Below are positions 30,142-39,252 of a stretch of DNA of 64,000 bases, piece by piece (the stretch's first letter is position 1; the number at the start of each line of letters is the position of its first letter). The DNA is from an uncultured Gammaproteobacteria bacterium (GTDB lineage Bacteria; Patescibacteriota; Microgenomatia; UBA10105; UBA927). The notes beneath the pieces were generated by a model. That model was given only the letters and a program-made list of their open reading frames with translations. It was not told where the DNA came from and ran no database searches. Location of the stretch: contig CAZQTD010000004.1 of NCBI GenBank assembly GCA_964596355.1, positions 1,183 through 65,182 of the forward strand. The letters run 5' to 3'. The position numbers and the translations under genes are program-made.

Positions 30142-31295
30142 ATTATTGCTGCCTCCTGATCGCTCCATGGAAACTCCACTGTCCCCCTACATAAACTCCG
30201 TTCGTGTCCTTTGCCTGTTATGATGACAAGATCTCCTGCACGGGCTTGGGAGATGGCAAAAGCGATAGCATCAAAACGATGAGGGAATCTGTTCACCGAC
30301 GCCTTGCTGTCTATCCCCGATGCGATCTGGTCCATGATTTCTTCCACGTTTTCGGTGCGATAATCTTCTTCTGTCAGCACAATGATATCCGCATAGGCGC
30401 CTGACGCTTTTCCCATAAGCGGGCGCTTTGAATGGTCCCGCAGGCCGGCGCTTCCAAATACATGGATGAGTCTTCCCTTTGTCTGGCTCCGCGCTGTTTT
30501 CAACGCTTGGACAAGCGCATTAGGTGTATGAGCAAAATCCACGATCACACGAAATGGTGTTGTCTTTATAACCTCCATGCGTCCGGGAATGCCCGAAAAC
30601 CGCGCGATGGCCCGTTGCGCCACGCGTTCTGAAATGCCCAGCGCCCGAGCGGCGGCAAGCGCGGCAAGGCAATTGTACTGGTTAAACTCGCCCGGAAGCT
30701 TTGTCGTACATGTCACCGTTTTTGGCGTCACCATGGCGCTTTTATGAATACCGTAGGTAATCATTGTTTTGTTTTTAAACGAAGTAAGAGCTTTTGCATA
30801 AACCGTTTGATCGTCGCGATTGACAACGGCAATACGAGCGTGTTTGAGAAGCGTAAATTTAGCCCGCAAAAGTTCATCGAATGTTCGGTGCCAATCCAGA
30901 TGCTCATGCGACACGTTCGTAATGACGCCGACGGCAAACGGCACGCCGAAAACGCGGTATTGAGTCAGCGCATGACTCGTTACTTCCAAAACGATGTATC
31001 GATCGCAATGATCAACTGCCTCGCGCAGATACTTTTGCACCCAAAAGGCGTTCGGAGTCGTAACGTGGAATCCTGTATCGTACGACGTCCCCGCAATGAC
31101 GGCATGGACGGATGAAATCATGGAAACCCCAAAGCCTGCAGATTTGAGAATGTCATAGATCAGCGTCGTCGTTGTCGTTTTGCCATCCGTACCGGTGACC
31201 CCTACGACGGTCAGCTTTTTGCCGGGAAATCTAAACCAAAGAACGGAAAATGCGGCAACGAAAAGGTGGTACAAGCCTTTGAGGCTTCGGATCAT
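30114..31295 (-). CDS. murE: UDP-MurNAc-tripeptide synthetase MurE (short form)
   Basis: GVTGTDGKTTT, HVTTP, LEVTSH, GRME, DFAHTP, GKGHE; specificity motif reads EDYR. Confidence 0.92.
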   Translation of the reverse strand: MIRSLKGLYHLFVAAFSVLWFRFPGKKLTVVGVTGTDGKTTTTTLIYDILKSAGFGVSMISSVHAVIAGTSYDTGFHVTTPNAFWVQKYLREAVDHCDRYIVLEVTSHALTQYRVFGVPFAVGVITNVSHEHLDWHRTFDELLRAKFTLLKHARIAVVNRDDQTVYAKALTSFKNKTMITYGIHKSAMVTPKTVTCTTKLPGEFNQYNCLAALAAARALGISERVAQRAIARFSGIPGRMEVIKTTPFRVIVDFAHTPNALVQALKTARSQTKGRLIHVFGSAGLRDHSKRPLMGKASGAYADIIVLTEEDYRTENVEEIMDQIASGIDSKASVNRFPHRFDAIAFAISQARAGDLVIITGKGHERSLCRGTVEFPWSDQEAAIICINQNSFQ

Positions 31296-31320
31296 ACCTG
31301 CAATTATACCATTTAGCACA

Positions 31321-32994
31321 TTACTGCGGCGGGATACCTAAGTAGAGCAACAGCTCGCGCGCGACGGAGAAAAAAAGCGGCGCTGCTGTTTCCGATCCCC
31401 AAGGAGAAGACGAGGGTTCACGAAGCGTCACGAGCATGACAAACCGAGGAGAATCAACCGGCGCAAACCCCACAAACGATGCAATTGTTTTGGTTTCATC
31501 ATAGTGGCCGGCAACCGGTATCTGCGCCGTGCCGGTTTTGCCGGCTATACGATACCTTCTGGGTTTTGCCCATTTCGCTTCGCCATGATCCACCGCATTG
31601 ACCATCATTTCAGTAATTATTGCCGCCGCCTCCTTTCCAACAACCTGACGGATTTTTTTGGGCTTTATTTGAACCCTTTTTCCTTCTTTTGAAACGATTT
31701 CTTTTACCACGCGGGGTTCCATAAGGATGCCGCCGTTGGCTATCGCACTTACCGCGCGAAGCATCTGTATAGGCGTCACCGCAATCCCCTGTCCAAATGA
31801 TGCGGTTGCCACGTCGATATCGCGCCACGCTGCGTCGTCTCTCAATTCCGGAGACGTCTCCTCCTCCAAATCAATACCCGTGGGCTTGCCGAAACCGAAT
31901 GAACGAATGTAGGAAATAAGTTTCTCTTTTCCGAGCTTCTTGGCAACGAACACCATCCCAACGTTGGAGGAATGCTGGATAATTTCAGCCATTGTCTGGG
32001 TACCTCTGTATTCGTTATTCCACGTCCGAATACTGTACTCCCCAACGATAACCGGCCCTCTTTCTTCCATGGTAGTCTGCGCCGTCACGGCTTGAGCATC
32101 AAGAGCCGCCGCCATGACAAGCACCTTAAATGTACTCCCCGGCTCGTACGATGAGGCCACAAGAGGGTTTTTGTATACGGCCTTATCGAATTCCGTATAT
32201 GCCATCGGGTCGTAGGAAGGGTATGAAGCTGCTGCCAATATCCCGCCGGTTTTAGGATCCATAACAGTGATAGTGCCCTCTTTGGCTCCATATTTCTGTA
32301 TGCCATCTATCAGCTTGCGTTCGACAATCCGCTGAATCGTGCGGTCCAGCCATAACACAAGCGACTGACCGTCTTCTGCGTCAAACCGCTTCGCATTGCC
32401 AATGACAATCGGCGCTCCCCGAACGTCTTTTTCCTGCACAAGCCTTCCGTCTTTCCCGCGAAGCAGCCTGTCATAAAACCCCTCAAGGCCAAAGTAGCCC
32501 TGATCTCTGCCATTTTCATCGAATCCCACAAACCCAAGTACATGCGCGGCCATAGAGGCTTCAGGATAATAGCGCTTCGAATCGTTTTCAAATCCCATGC
32601 CCGGCAGTTTAAGCGTTTTTAAATCGCTCGCGACGCGCTCGTCAACTTTATGAGCAAGCGGCACCCACAGGCGGCCGGGTTGCTCAAGCGCTGTCAGCGT
32701 TTGTTTTTCATCCAGCGATAATATTGGCGCTATTTGCGACACAAACGCTTTGGGGTCATCAATCTCCTTCGGCTGGGCAAATACCAAACTGGCCGGCACG
32801 CTCATCGCCAACGGACTGCCATCTGAAGCGATAATTTCTCCTCTTGTCGCCGGGATAGTAAATTCAGAAGTGTACTGCGCTGTGGCTTCTACTCGCAAGC
32901 GATCGCCGGAAATCACCTGCCAATAAAAAAGTCGAATGATAATGAAGGAGAAAATCCCGATGAATACGAAGAAAACGCTTGCAATTCGCCACAT
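31321..32994 (-). CDS. ftsI: Class B penicillin-binding protein (FtsI)
   Basis: N-terminal TM, RGEI, KRYYP, STFK (SxxK), SSN, KTGT motifs; follows ftsL. Confidence 0.93.
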   Translation of the reverse strand: MWRIASVFFVFIGIFSFIIIRLFYWQVISGDRLRVEATAQYTSEFTIPATRGEIIASDGSPLAMSVPASLVFAQPKEIDDPKAFVSQIAPILSLDEKQTLTALEQPGRLWVPLAHKVDERVASDLKTLKLPGMGFENDSKRYYPEASMAAHVLGFVGFDENGRDQGYFGLEGFYDRLLRGKDGRLVQEKDVRGAPIVIGNAKRFDAEDGQSLVLWLDRTIQRIVERKLIDGIQKYGAKEGTITVMDPKTGGILAAASYPSYDPMAYTEFDKAVYKNPLVASSYEPGSTFKVLVMAAALDAQAVTAQTTMEERGPVIVGEYSIRTWNNEYRGTQTMAEIIQHSSNVGMVFVAKKLGKEKLISYIRSFGFGKPTGIDLEEETSPELRDDAAWRDIDVATASFGQGIAVTPIQMLRAVSAIANGGILMEPRVVKEIVSKEGKRVQIKPKKIRQVVGKEAAAIITEMMVNAVDHGEAKWAKPRRYRIAGKTGTAQIPVAGHYDETKTIASFVGFAPVDSPRFVMLVTLREPSSSPWGSETAAPLFFSVARELLLYLGIPPQ

Positions 32995-33002
32995 ACCGAC
33001 AC

Positions 33003-33311
33003 TTATTGCGGATAACTAAGCGCAACCGGCAGCTCATGCGAACGTATGATAACAAACTTCGACGCGTCAAGCGCTTCCACAAAGCCCATCTGGCTGGCTC
33101 GCTGGGAAATTGAACGAAGCGATGAAGCAGACGCCACTTCCTGACGCAAGAGATCGTTTTGGTGCTCGACGTGTTCGATGGCGGCGTCAATGTCCCGTAT
33201 TTCTGCACCCGATGTCGCCAGATGATTGGTCAACATAATAGCGATAATCACAAGAAAAATTGCCACAAACGGCAAAAGAGAAAGAAGTATGCGGCACATC
33301 GTTCGCATCAT
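33003..33311 (-). CDS. ftsL: FtsL-like cell division protein
   Basis: One TM plus coiled coil ending A..MGF; between rsmH and ftsI. Confidence 0.7.
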   Translation of the reverse strand: MMRTMCRILLSLLPFVAIFLVIIAIMLTNHLATSGAEIRDIDAAIEHVEHQNDLLRQEVASASSLRSISQRASQMGFVEALDASKFVIIRSHELPVALSYPQ

Positions 33312-34189
33312 AGCTTTTCTGCAATGCGCAGTTTCGCGCTTCTGGATCTTCTATTTCTTGCCACTTCTTCAGCTGATGCCACCACAGGTTTTTTTGTTAT
33401 GCTTCGCATCGCGCTTGCTCGTATAAACTGCTTCACAATCCTATCTTCAAGTGAATGAAAGCTGATGACAACGAGCCGTCCGCCTGATTGAAGCAGCGTT
33501 TCTGCTCCGGCTAAACCGCGTTTGAGCGAGCGAAGCTCGTCATTGACAACAATTCGAAACGCTTGGTAAACCCTTGAAAGAGTTTTTTCTCCATTTCCTC
33601 CCGCTGCCGCGCGCGCCACGACTAAACGGATGTCTTTCCCCGTTATAAGCGGGCTTACCGTACGGGCGCGGACAACAGCATGAGCAATTGCCCGAGCACG
33701 CTGTTCTTCACCAAACGTTGCAAGTATTTCATACAACTCCTCTTCGGATAGACGGTCGATCACGCTATGCGCCGATTCGCCGAGTGATTTATCGAACCGC
33801 AGATCAAACGGCGCGTCGTCAAACCGATAGCTGAATCCCGCACTCGGGGTATTCAGCTGGTGGCTGGATACCCCGAGATCAAACAGTATCCCGTCAACCG
33901 ACTCAAATCCCTCTTGTTTTGCGATCTGGTCAATATCGCAAAAATTCCCGTGAACAAGCTTCCATGTTCCTCGTGTTTCCAACTTCTTAGCTCCAACCTC
34001 CAACCGACGTCTCGTAAACGCAATTGCCTCTTCATCCAAGTCAATCCCCAATACATCACCGCCGCGTTTGACGATTTCCCACAAGTGCCCTCCTCCTCCA
34101 ACGGTCGCATCGATGTACCGCTTCTTCGGATTTACGCGTAAACCCTCAAGCACTTCTCGCACTAACACCGGCTCATGAAAGACGTTCAT
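33308..34189 (-). CDS. rsmH: 16S rRNA m4C1402 methyltransferase
   Basis: HEPVL, DATVGGGGH, DLGVSSHQ, ISFHSLEDRIVK, SRSAKLR. Confidence 0.97.
   Translation of the reverse strand: MNVFHEPVLVREVLEGLRVNPKKRYIDATVGGGGHLWEIVKRGGDVLGIDLDEEAIAFTRRRLEVGAKKLETRGTWKLVHGNFCDIDQIAKQEGFESVDGILFDLGVSSHQLNTPSAGFSYRFDDAPFDLRFDKSLGESAHSVIDRLSEEELYEILATFGEEQRARAIAHAVVRARTVSPLITGKDIRLVVARAAAGGNGEKTLSRVYQAFRIVVNDELRSLKRGLAGAETLLQSGGRLVVISFHSLEDRIVKQFIRASAMRSITKKPVVASAEEVARNRRSRSAKLRIAEKL
33971..34005. repeat. Heptamer tandem tract inside rsmH (minus strand GGTTGGA-GGTTGGA-GCTAAGA-AGTTGGA-AACACGA)
   Basis: Read directly; encodes RLEVGAKKLETR. Confidence 0.6.
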
Positions 34190-34587
34190 GGCATTTGGGG
34201 TCCGGCTTCGTACGTTTCCCACGTCTTTTTATCCCAGATCTCAAAGTGATCACCGGCTCCCACGACCACGACGTCTTTTGTAACATGCGCATATTCCTTA
34301 AGCAGGGCAGGCAAAAGAATACGACCAAGCTTATCCACCTCGACAGAAACCGCGCCGGCAAACATGTATCGCCTGATTGCTCGTGCCTTCTCCTCTGTAA
34401 TCGGCGCCTCCAGTTGCTTAGCTGCTTCCTTTTTCCAACTCTCCCGGTCAAATCCAAAGATACACGCGTCAAAGCCTCGCGAAAGAATGACGCTTTTCTC
34501 TCCCAGTTCTTGTCGAATCTTTCTCGGTATGGTCAACCGGCCTCGATCATCCAGCGCATGGTCGTATTCCCCAAGGAATAGCTTCAT
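34186..34587 (-). CDS. mraZ: Transcriptional regulator MraZ
   Basis: Two DxxGR motifs (DDRGRL, DKLGRI), FEIWD. Confidence 0.97.
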   Translation of the reverse strand: MKLFLGEYDHALDDRGRLTIPRKIRQELGEKSVILSRGFDACIFGFDRESWKKEAAKQLEAPITEEKARAIRRYMFAGAVSVEVDKLGRILLPALLKEYAHVTKDVVVVGAGDHFEIWDKKTWETYEAGPQMP

Positions 34588-34650
34588 GTCCCAATCCTAC
34601 CATTTCTTCCCACTAATTTCCATAGTTACCCATTTTTCACAACATGTCAA
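34588..34650 (-). promoter_or_regulatory. dcw promoter with MraZ-type TGG(G) repeats and extended -10
   Basis: Five TGG boxes (TGGG, TGGA, TGGG, TGGT, TGGG) at 10/10/10/9-nt spacing; TGgTAGGAT 6 nt before the ATG; a TTGACA at 34645-34650. Confidence 0.75.
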
Positions 34651-34733
34651 GAGGCATTTCACGCAAAGAGTGCATCAGAATCATCTATAGTGCAAATAAG
34701 AAAAAACGTACACAACAGGTAGCGTTTGAGGTC

Positions 34734-34756
34734 AAAAAAATGAACATGGATGTTCA
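34734..34756 (-). terminator. Possible weak intrinsic terminator after the recO-glyQS-hypothetical unit
   Basis: TGAACA-TCCA-TGTTCA followed by T7 on the minus strand; AT-rich stem. Confidence 0.4.
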
Positions 34757-34884
34757 ATCACTCTCTTTGTAGTCACAAGTGGAATATGATGTATGGCAAT
34801 ACGTTACGATATGCAAAGAGCATCGTGTGTGTGATAACGGATGTTTTTGGTCAGGGGGAATTTCTTTCGGTACGAGAATTCTCG

Positions 34885-35352
34885 TTACAGTTCGTACTCT
34901 TTGGAGAATTGACTTTTGCGACCGTCGGCGGCGGTGAACTCAAGAACAACGGAAACCTTTGAAACCCCTACGTCTGGCTTGCAGACGTTTTTTGAGCACG
35001 TTCCCAGATATATTTCCCGTTCAAACGCGTCTTGATCGGCCACATCAATCGGCTTGCTCCCTGAATTAACGCCTTTGATAAGACCTTCGCTTTCGTACGT
35101 TAGCTCATAGGCAACCGACGCCATCTTACGCGCAAGTCCTTTAACGCGCAGAGTAACGGTGTTGTCTTTTGATTTGCTCTTCGTTACCTCAACGATGACG
35201 GATTCATCAACCTGCGGAAGAAGTTCACTCTGCTCCTCTTCTTCGCTTGCGATAGACCTTGATTTTGCGCTAAATCCCACCTTATAGACAACTACTCCGG
35301 TGATAAGGAGTAAAACCGCAAGCACTCCAACAATAATACCTGTTTTTTTCAT
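34885..35352 (-). CDS. Hypothetical membrane-anchored exported protein
   Basis: N-terminal TM, LGTCSKNVC Cys pair; its start overlaps the glyQS stop. Confidence 0.8.
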   Translation of the reverse strand: MKKTGIIVGVLAVLLLITGVVVYKVGFSAKSRSIASEEEEQSELLPQVDESVIVEVTKSKSKDNTVTLRVKGLARKMASVAYELTYESEGLIKGVNSGSKPIDVADQDAFEREIYLGTCSKNVCKPDVGVSKVSVVLEFTAADGRKSQFSKEYEL

Positions 35353-36653
35353 AATTTCTCTTGGATATAATGAGTAAGTTTGTCTATTGTTACTCTGTCT
35401 TGTTTCGTCGTATCCCTGTCGCGAACCGTCACGGTGTCATCTTTCACTGTATCATAATCAATGGTGACACACCAAGGGGTGCCAATCTCGTCCTGCGCCA
35501 AATAGCGCTTGCCAATGTTGCCGCGATCATCCCACGCAGTGACAACATGAGGCTTGAGGAGATAGTAGACAGCCTTTGCTTTCCTTATCAACTCCTCTTT
35601 ATTGGAAACAAGCGGGAACACCGCAACTTTCACCGGAGAAAGCCGCGGATGAAGAGCGAGAACTACGCGCCTGCCCTCTTCGCGATACGCATCAGTAAGG
35701 AAAAAGAGCGCCGCCCTGTCAACGCCGCCGGACGTTTCAATGACCCACGGGATATATACTTCGCCGGTTGTATCATCGCGATACGTCTGTTTGTGATTTT
35801 TGAGATCAAAATCGCCTCGATGATGAATTCCCTCAAATTCACTCCAGCCTCCGCCAGAGGCGGATCCGGATTTGGCGGAAAACGGCGCGTCATATTCGAT
35901 ATCAGTAGCATGTCTTGCATAATGCGCCCTTTCATTTGACGCATGATCTCTGAATCGTAATTTCTTTTTATCCATCCCCAAGGAAAGGTACCACTTCATC
36001 CGTTCTTCTTTCCAATAGGAAAACCATTTCTCGCCTTCTTTTTCTTCCGGACGGATAAAAAACTCAAGCTCCATTTGCTCAAACTCGCGGCTGCGAAACG
36101 TGAAGTTGCCTGGGGTTATTTCGTTTCGAAACGCTTTGCCGATTTGCGCAATACCGAAGGGGATTTTCACACGAGTTGAATCAACCACGTTGCGAAAGTT
36201 TACAAACACTCCCTGCGTAATCTCACCTCGAAGATACGCTTTTTCCTTGGGCTCGGTGACGCCTAAGGAAACTTCTGTTAACAGATTAAAGGTCTTCGGC
36301 TCCGTCCATTCGACAGCGACTCCCGGATGAACCTGTATTTGATGACCGGAAATTTCATCAGACCTATCTGCCCGAAAACGCTGATGACACACCTTGCACT
36401 CTACGAGCGGATCGGCAAACGCCTTGGTGTGCCCTGATGCTTCCCACACCGCGGGATTCATAATAATTGACGCATCGATACCAACGACGTCATCGCGCAT
36501 GTTTACCATGCTGCGCCACCACTCGTGTTTTATGTTGCGCTTAAGTTCAGCTCCCAGCGGCCCGTAATCCCAAAAACCGGCAATCCCACCATAGATTTCG
36601 CTTGAAGGGTAGATAAATCCGCGGCGTTTGGCAAGAGCGACAATTTTATCCAT
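35349..36653 (-). CDS. glyQS: Glycine--tRNA ligase, alpha2 type
   Basis: SSEIYGG, DYGPLG, GKAFRNEITPGNFTFRSREFEQME, QDEIGTP anticodon-binding domain. Confidence 0.97.
   Translation of the reverse strand: MDKIVALAKRRGFIYPSSEIYGGIAGFWDYGPLGAELKRNIKHEWWRSMVNMRDDVVGIDASIIMNPAVWEASGHTKAFADPLVECKVCHQRFRADRSDEISGHQIQVHPGVAVEWTEPKTFNLLTEVSLGVTEPKEKAYLRGEITQGVFVNFRNVVDSTRVKIPFGIAQIGKAFRNEITPGNFTFRSREFEQMELEFFIRPEEKEGEKWFSYWKEERMKWYLSLGMDKKKLRFRDHASNERAHYARHATDIEYDAPFSAKSGSASGGGWSEFEGIHHRGDFDLKNHKQTYRDDTTGEVYIPWVIETSGGVDRAALFFLTDAYREEGRRVVLALHPRLSPVKVAVFPLVSNKEELIRKAKAVYYLLKPHVVTAWDDRGNIGKRYLAQDEIGTPWCVTIDYDTVKDDTVTVRDRDTTKQDRVTIDKLTHYIQEKL
35850..35879. repeat. 30-nt palindromic element (2 x TCCGCCnnnGGCGGA-type unit) inserted in frame in glyQS
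   Basis: TCCGCCAGAGGCGGATCCGGATTTGGCGGA, dyad centred on GGATCC; encodes SAKSGSASGG. Confidence 0.85.
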
Positions 36654-36662
36654 GTGCGTAGT

Positions 36663-37232
36663 TTACGATGGAGTGATAAGGCGGGTCAAGAGAGGCCATG
36701 CACGAAGCCTTCGCTCCGTGATATGCTCAATATACGGCTTCATGCGGTCGCGGGTTAACTGTCTTTCTCTGGGCAAGTATCCCAGCATCCACAAGAGCTG
36801 ATGAACAAAATGCGTCAGCACCCGTTGGTACGCTTCGCTATCCGTACTTTCTTTAAGCCAACAGAGGCTATCGCGAAGCAGAAAAAATATATTCCTCTGC
36901 TCCTGCCTTTCCGGCATAAGGTGATCTACCAACTCGCATAGGCAATACGCGTATCCCATCTTCATGATGTCGCGCGAAAAAACACTTCCGCGCGAAACAG
37001 ATTGTACCTCGGTTAGGATATCTACCGTATGACCGTTATGAACAGAAACAATCACATGATTGAATATCTCCAGATGTCCTGCCCGTCTACTGGTTACACG
37101 CCGAATGCCTTTTGCCGCAAGACGTATTTTCCCGTATTGTTTCGTCAGCAGGGTAACAATTCTATCGGCTTCGCCTATTGCGCGTCGCTTCAAGACTATA
37201 CCTTCTGCAGTATAAACCTTCGAAGCTCTCAT
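36663..37232 (-). CDS. recO: DNA repair protein RecO
   Basis: EGIVLKR..GEADRIVTLLT..GKI..AKGIR; recO-glyQ synteny. Confidence 0.93.
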   Translation of the reverse strand: MRASKVYTAEGIVLKRRAIGEADRIVTLLTKQYGKIRLAAKGIRRVTSRRAGHLEIFNHVIVSVHNGHTVDILTEVQSVSRGSVFSRDIMKMGYAYCLCELVDHLMPERQEQRNIFFLLRDSLCWLKESTDSEAYQRVLTHFVHQLLWMLGYLPRERQLTRDRMKPYIEHITERRLRAWPLLTRLITPS

Positions 37233-37238
37233 GAAGTG

Positions 37239-39209
37239 CTAGAGAACAAGTTCTGTATCGGCGTCGAGCGTAAATTTCTTTTTATCTTTGCCGCCGATTT
37301 TAATCACCACGTCGTCGCCGTCGGTGCCCGGCTGCTTCTGCAGAAGCAATCGGTATTTGCCGTCTGAAGATGCAACCGGCGACGTATATGTCAAATCAAG
37401 CCTCGCAGTACCCAGCGGATTGACAATTAAAAACCCCTCAAAAACGGTTTTGCCCAGCGCCTCATAGGTAGCCATGGGAGAGGGCTTATTGTCCTTGGGC
37501 GATTGTGTCCCTTTGCTTTCAAGAAGTTTACTGCCGACAGGCACGTAGATGCGCACCCAATTGCGAAGCGGCGCATTGAGGCAAAGCCCGCCGCTTTCCA
37601 GCCCGCAGTCAGAACCGGAATACGGGTTTTTGTATTCAACGATTAGTTTAGTCGTCATGGTACCGTCGCCGGCAATAGTCGTGTCTTTGATAATTTTTTC
37701 GCTGACGAACATGTTTGATTTAGCACCTGCCATGTTGCTGTTATTGATATGAAGGTAATCCCAACCCTCCCCCTCTTTGTACTTAAGGACAGCGGCGGTG
37801 TCGCCACGCCTCATGATGCGGCCGGCCACGTTAAAGCTCTCAACGGCTTTCTGCTCTTCGGGATCATGCAGATAGGCCAGAACGTGTTTTTCGTTAATCT
37901 CGGCAATAAGCATCTGAAACAGTTTCCCCCAATACTGCGACGGTGAAACACCGAGAGCCTTCTGCAAAATTGAGTGGAGAAGAACGCCGATAATGTCTTT
38001 GCGCGCTTCCCGTACGTAGTTAACCGGCCGAGTCGAATAATCTTCAAGCTCATACACCGCGCGCGGACAATCGCACCGCTTGTCTATTTCAGCGCTAAAT
38101 TCTCTGCCGTAAACAGTCATCGGCCCCAATATTTTGAGCGCCTCTACCAGAACGTGGGTGTCCACGGCAAAAATTCCGTCGATTCGCTCGCGGCTTGACG
38201 AAGTTTCATACAATTCTTCAAATGTGGCCATTGATTCTTTAAAATCAGGAGACAGATTGCTGTCACGGATGTTGAGCGTATAGACGCCTTTATGAAACGT
38301 TTGGATTTCTCGCGGCGCCGGAAATTTTTTCTTTAGCGAAGCATCTAGCGCGTAGATATCATCGGCTTTCTCCAATATCGCTTTGCCGCGGACAAAGCGA
38401 AACTGCGCGTATGCCGTTATAAACCCTCCGGTGGGCCGAAGTTCCTTGTCGTTTTGAAATAATACAAGATACCTGCGTTCTTCAGGCTCGCCGAGCATCG
38501 CGGGCATATTCAGAAGAAGCGGTTGGGCATTCACAAAAAGGTTGGCTGCGCTGTCAATGGTTTCTTTGGCGGCTATGAGTCGTGAACGAACCGTCATGCC
38601 GCGGAAACGCTCCGGATATCTATCCGGATCTATGGCGTCTACTTCCTTTCTCAACGTGTCAATACTGCCTGCCATTGCGTTTATCTTCGGGACAAGCGCG
38701 TTCATGGTTTTTACCGCCGTCTGAATGCGGTCATCAGCGGTTCCGGCTACAAATGTACTCTCTCCTTTGAGCCCCAGAAGGTCTGCGTTCGGTTCCAGCG
38801 CTTCAATTGCCTGATCCACAGCGTTAACACCAGCATCAGCGGCGTTGAGCGCGTGTTCTCCGTCGGCAATATACGCTCCGAGGATCGGCACAAATTTAAG
38901 CGGCAACATCTTGGCATACGCCGCACGAAGTTCATCAAGACTTTTGCGTGTTTCCTTAAGACCTTCTTTGGTTTTTCCAAGATCCTGACTCTTGATTGCC
39001 GCAGACATCTGCCGCGCCATTTGTGCGACATCCTGCGCTTTAGCCACCACTCCGCGCAACGGCAGAAGCATCACAATGAGGACTATAAAAAGCACAACGA
39101 CAACGCCCAGAGGAATGAGGATATAGCTTCGAAAAACTGTTTTCTTTCCGACAAGTTTCTTTGCCGGAGAGCTTGTTTCGAGCGATATTTTTTTGAGTTC
39201 TTCGACCAT
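37239..39209 (-). CDS. DUF4012-domain membrane-anchored protein
   Basis: One TM, long helical region, YLVLFQNDKELRPTGGFI, RDSNLSPDF, QKQPG. Confidence 0.85.
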   Translation of the reverse strand: MVEELKKISLETSSPAKKLVGKKTVFRSYILIPLGVVVVLFIVLIVMLLPLRGVVAKAQDVAQMARQMSAAIKSQDLGKTKEGLKETRKSLDELRAAYAKMLPLKFVPILGAYIADGEHALNAADAGVNAVDQAIEALEPNADLLGLKGESTFVAGTADDRIQTAVKTMNALVPKINAMAGSIDTLRKEVDAIDPDRYPERFRGMTVRSRLIAAKETIDSAANLFVNAQPLLLNMPAMLGEPEERRYLVLFQNDKELRPTGGFITAYAQFRFVRGKAILEKADDIYALDASLKKKFPAPREIQTFHKGVYTLNIRDSNLSPDFKESMATFEELYETSSSRERIDGIFAVDTHVLVEALKILGPMTVYGREFSAEIDKRCDCPRAVYELEDYSTRPVNYVREARKDIIGVLLHSILQKALGVSPSQYWGKLFQMLIAEINEKHVLAYLHDPEEQKAVESFNVAGRIMRRGDTAAVLKYKEGEGWDYLHINNSNMAGAKSNMFVSEKIIKDTTIAGDGTMTTKLIVEYKNPYSGSDCGLESGGLCLNAPLRNWVRIYVPVGSKLLESKGTQSPKDNKPSPMATYEALGKTVFEGFLIVNPLGTARLDLTYTSPVASSDGKYRLLLQKQPGTDGDDVVIKIGGKDKKKFTLDADTELVL

Positions 39210-39252
39210 TCTTCTATTGTTCCTAGTTTGCTAATAATTGTCAACTTCTCCT

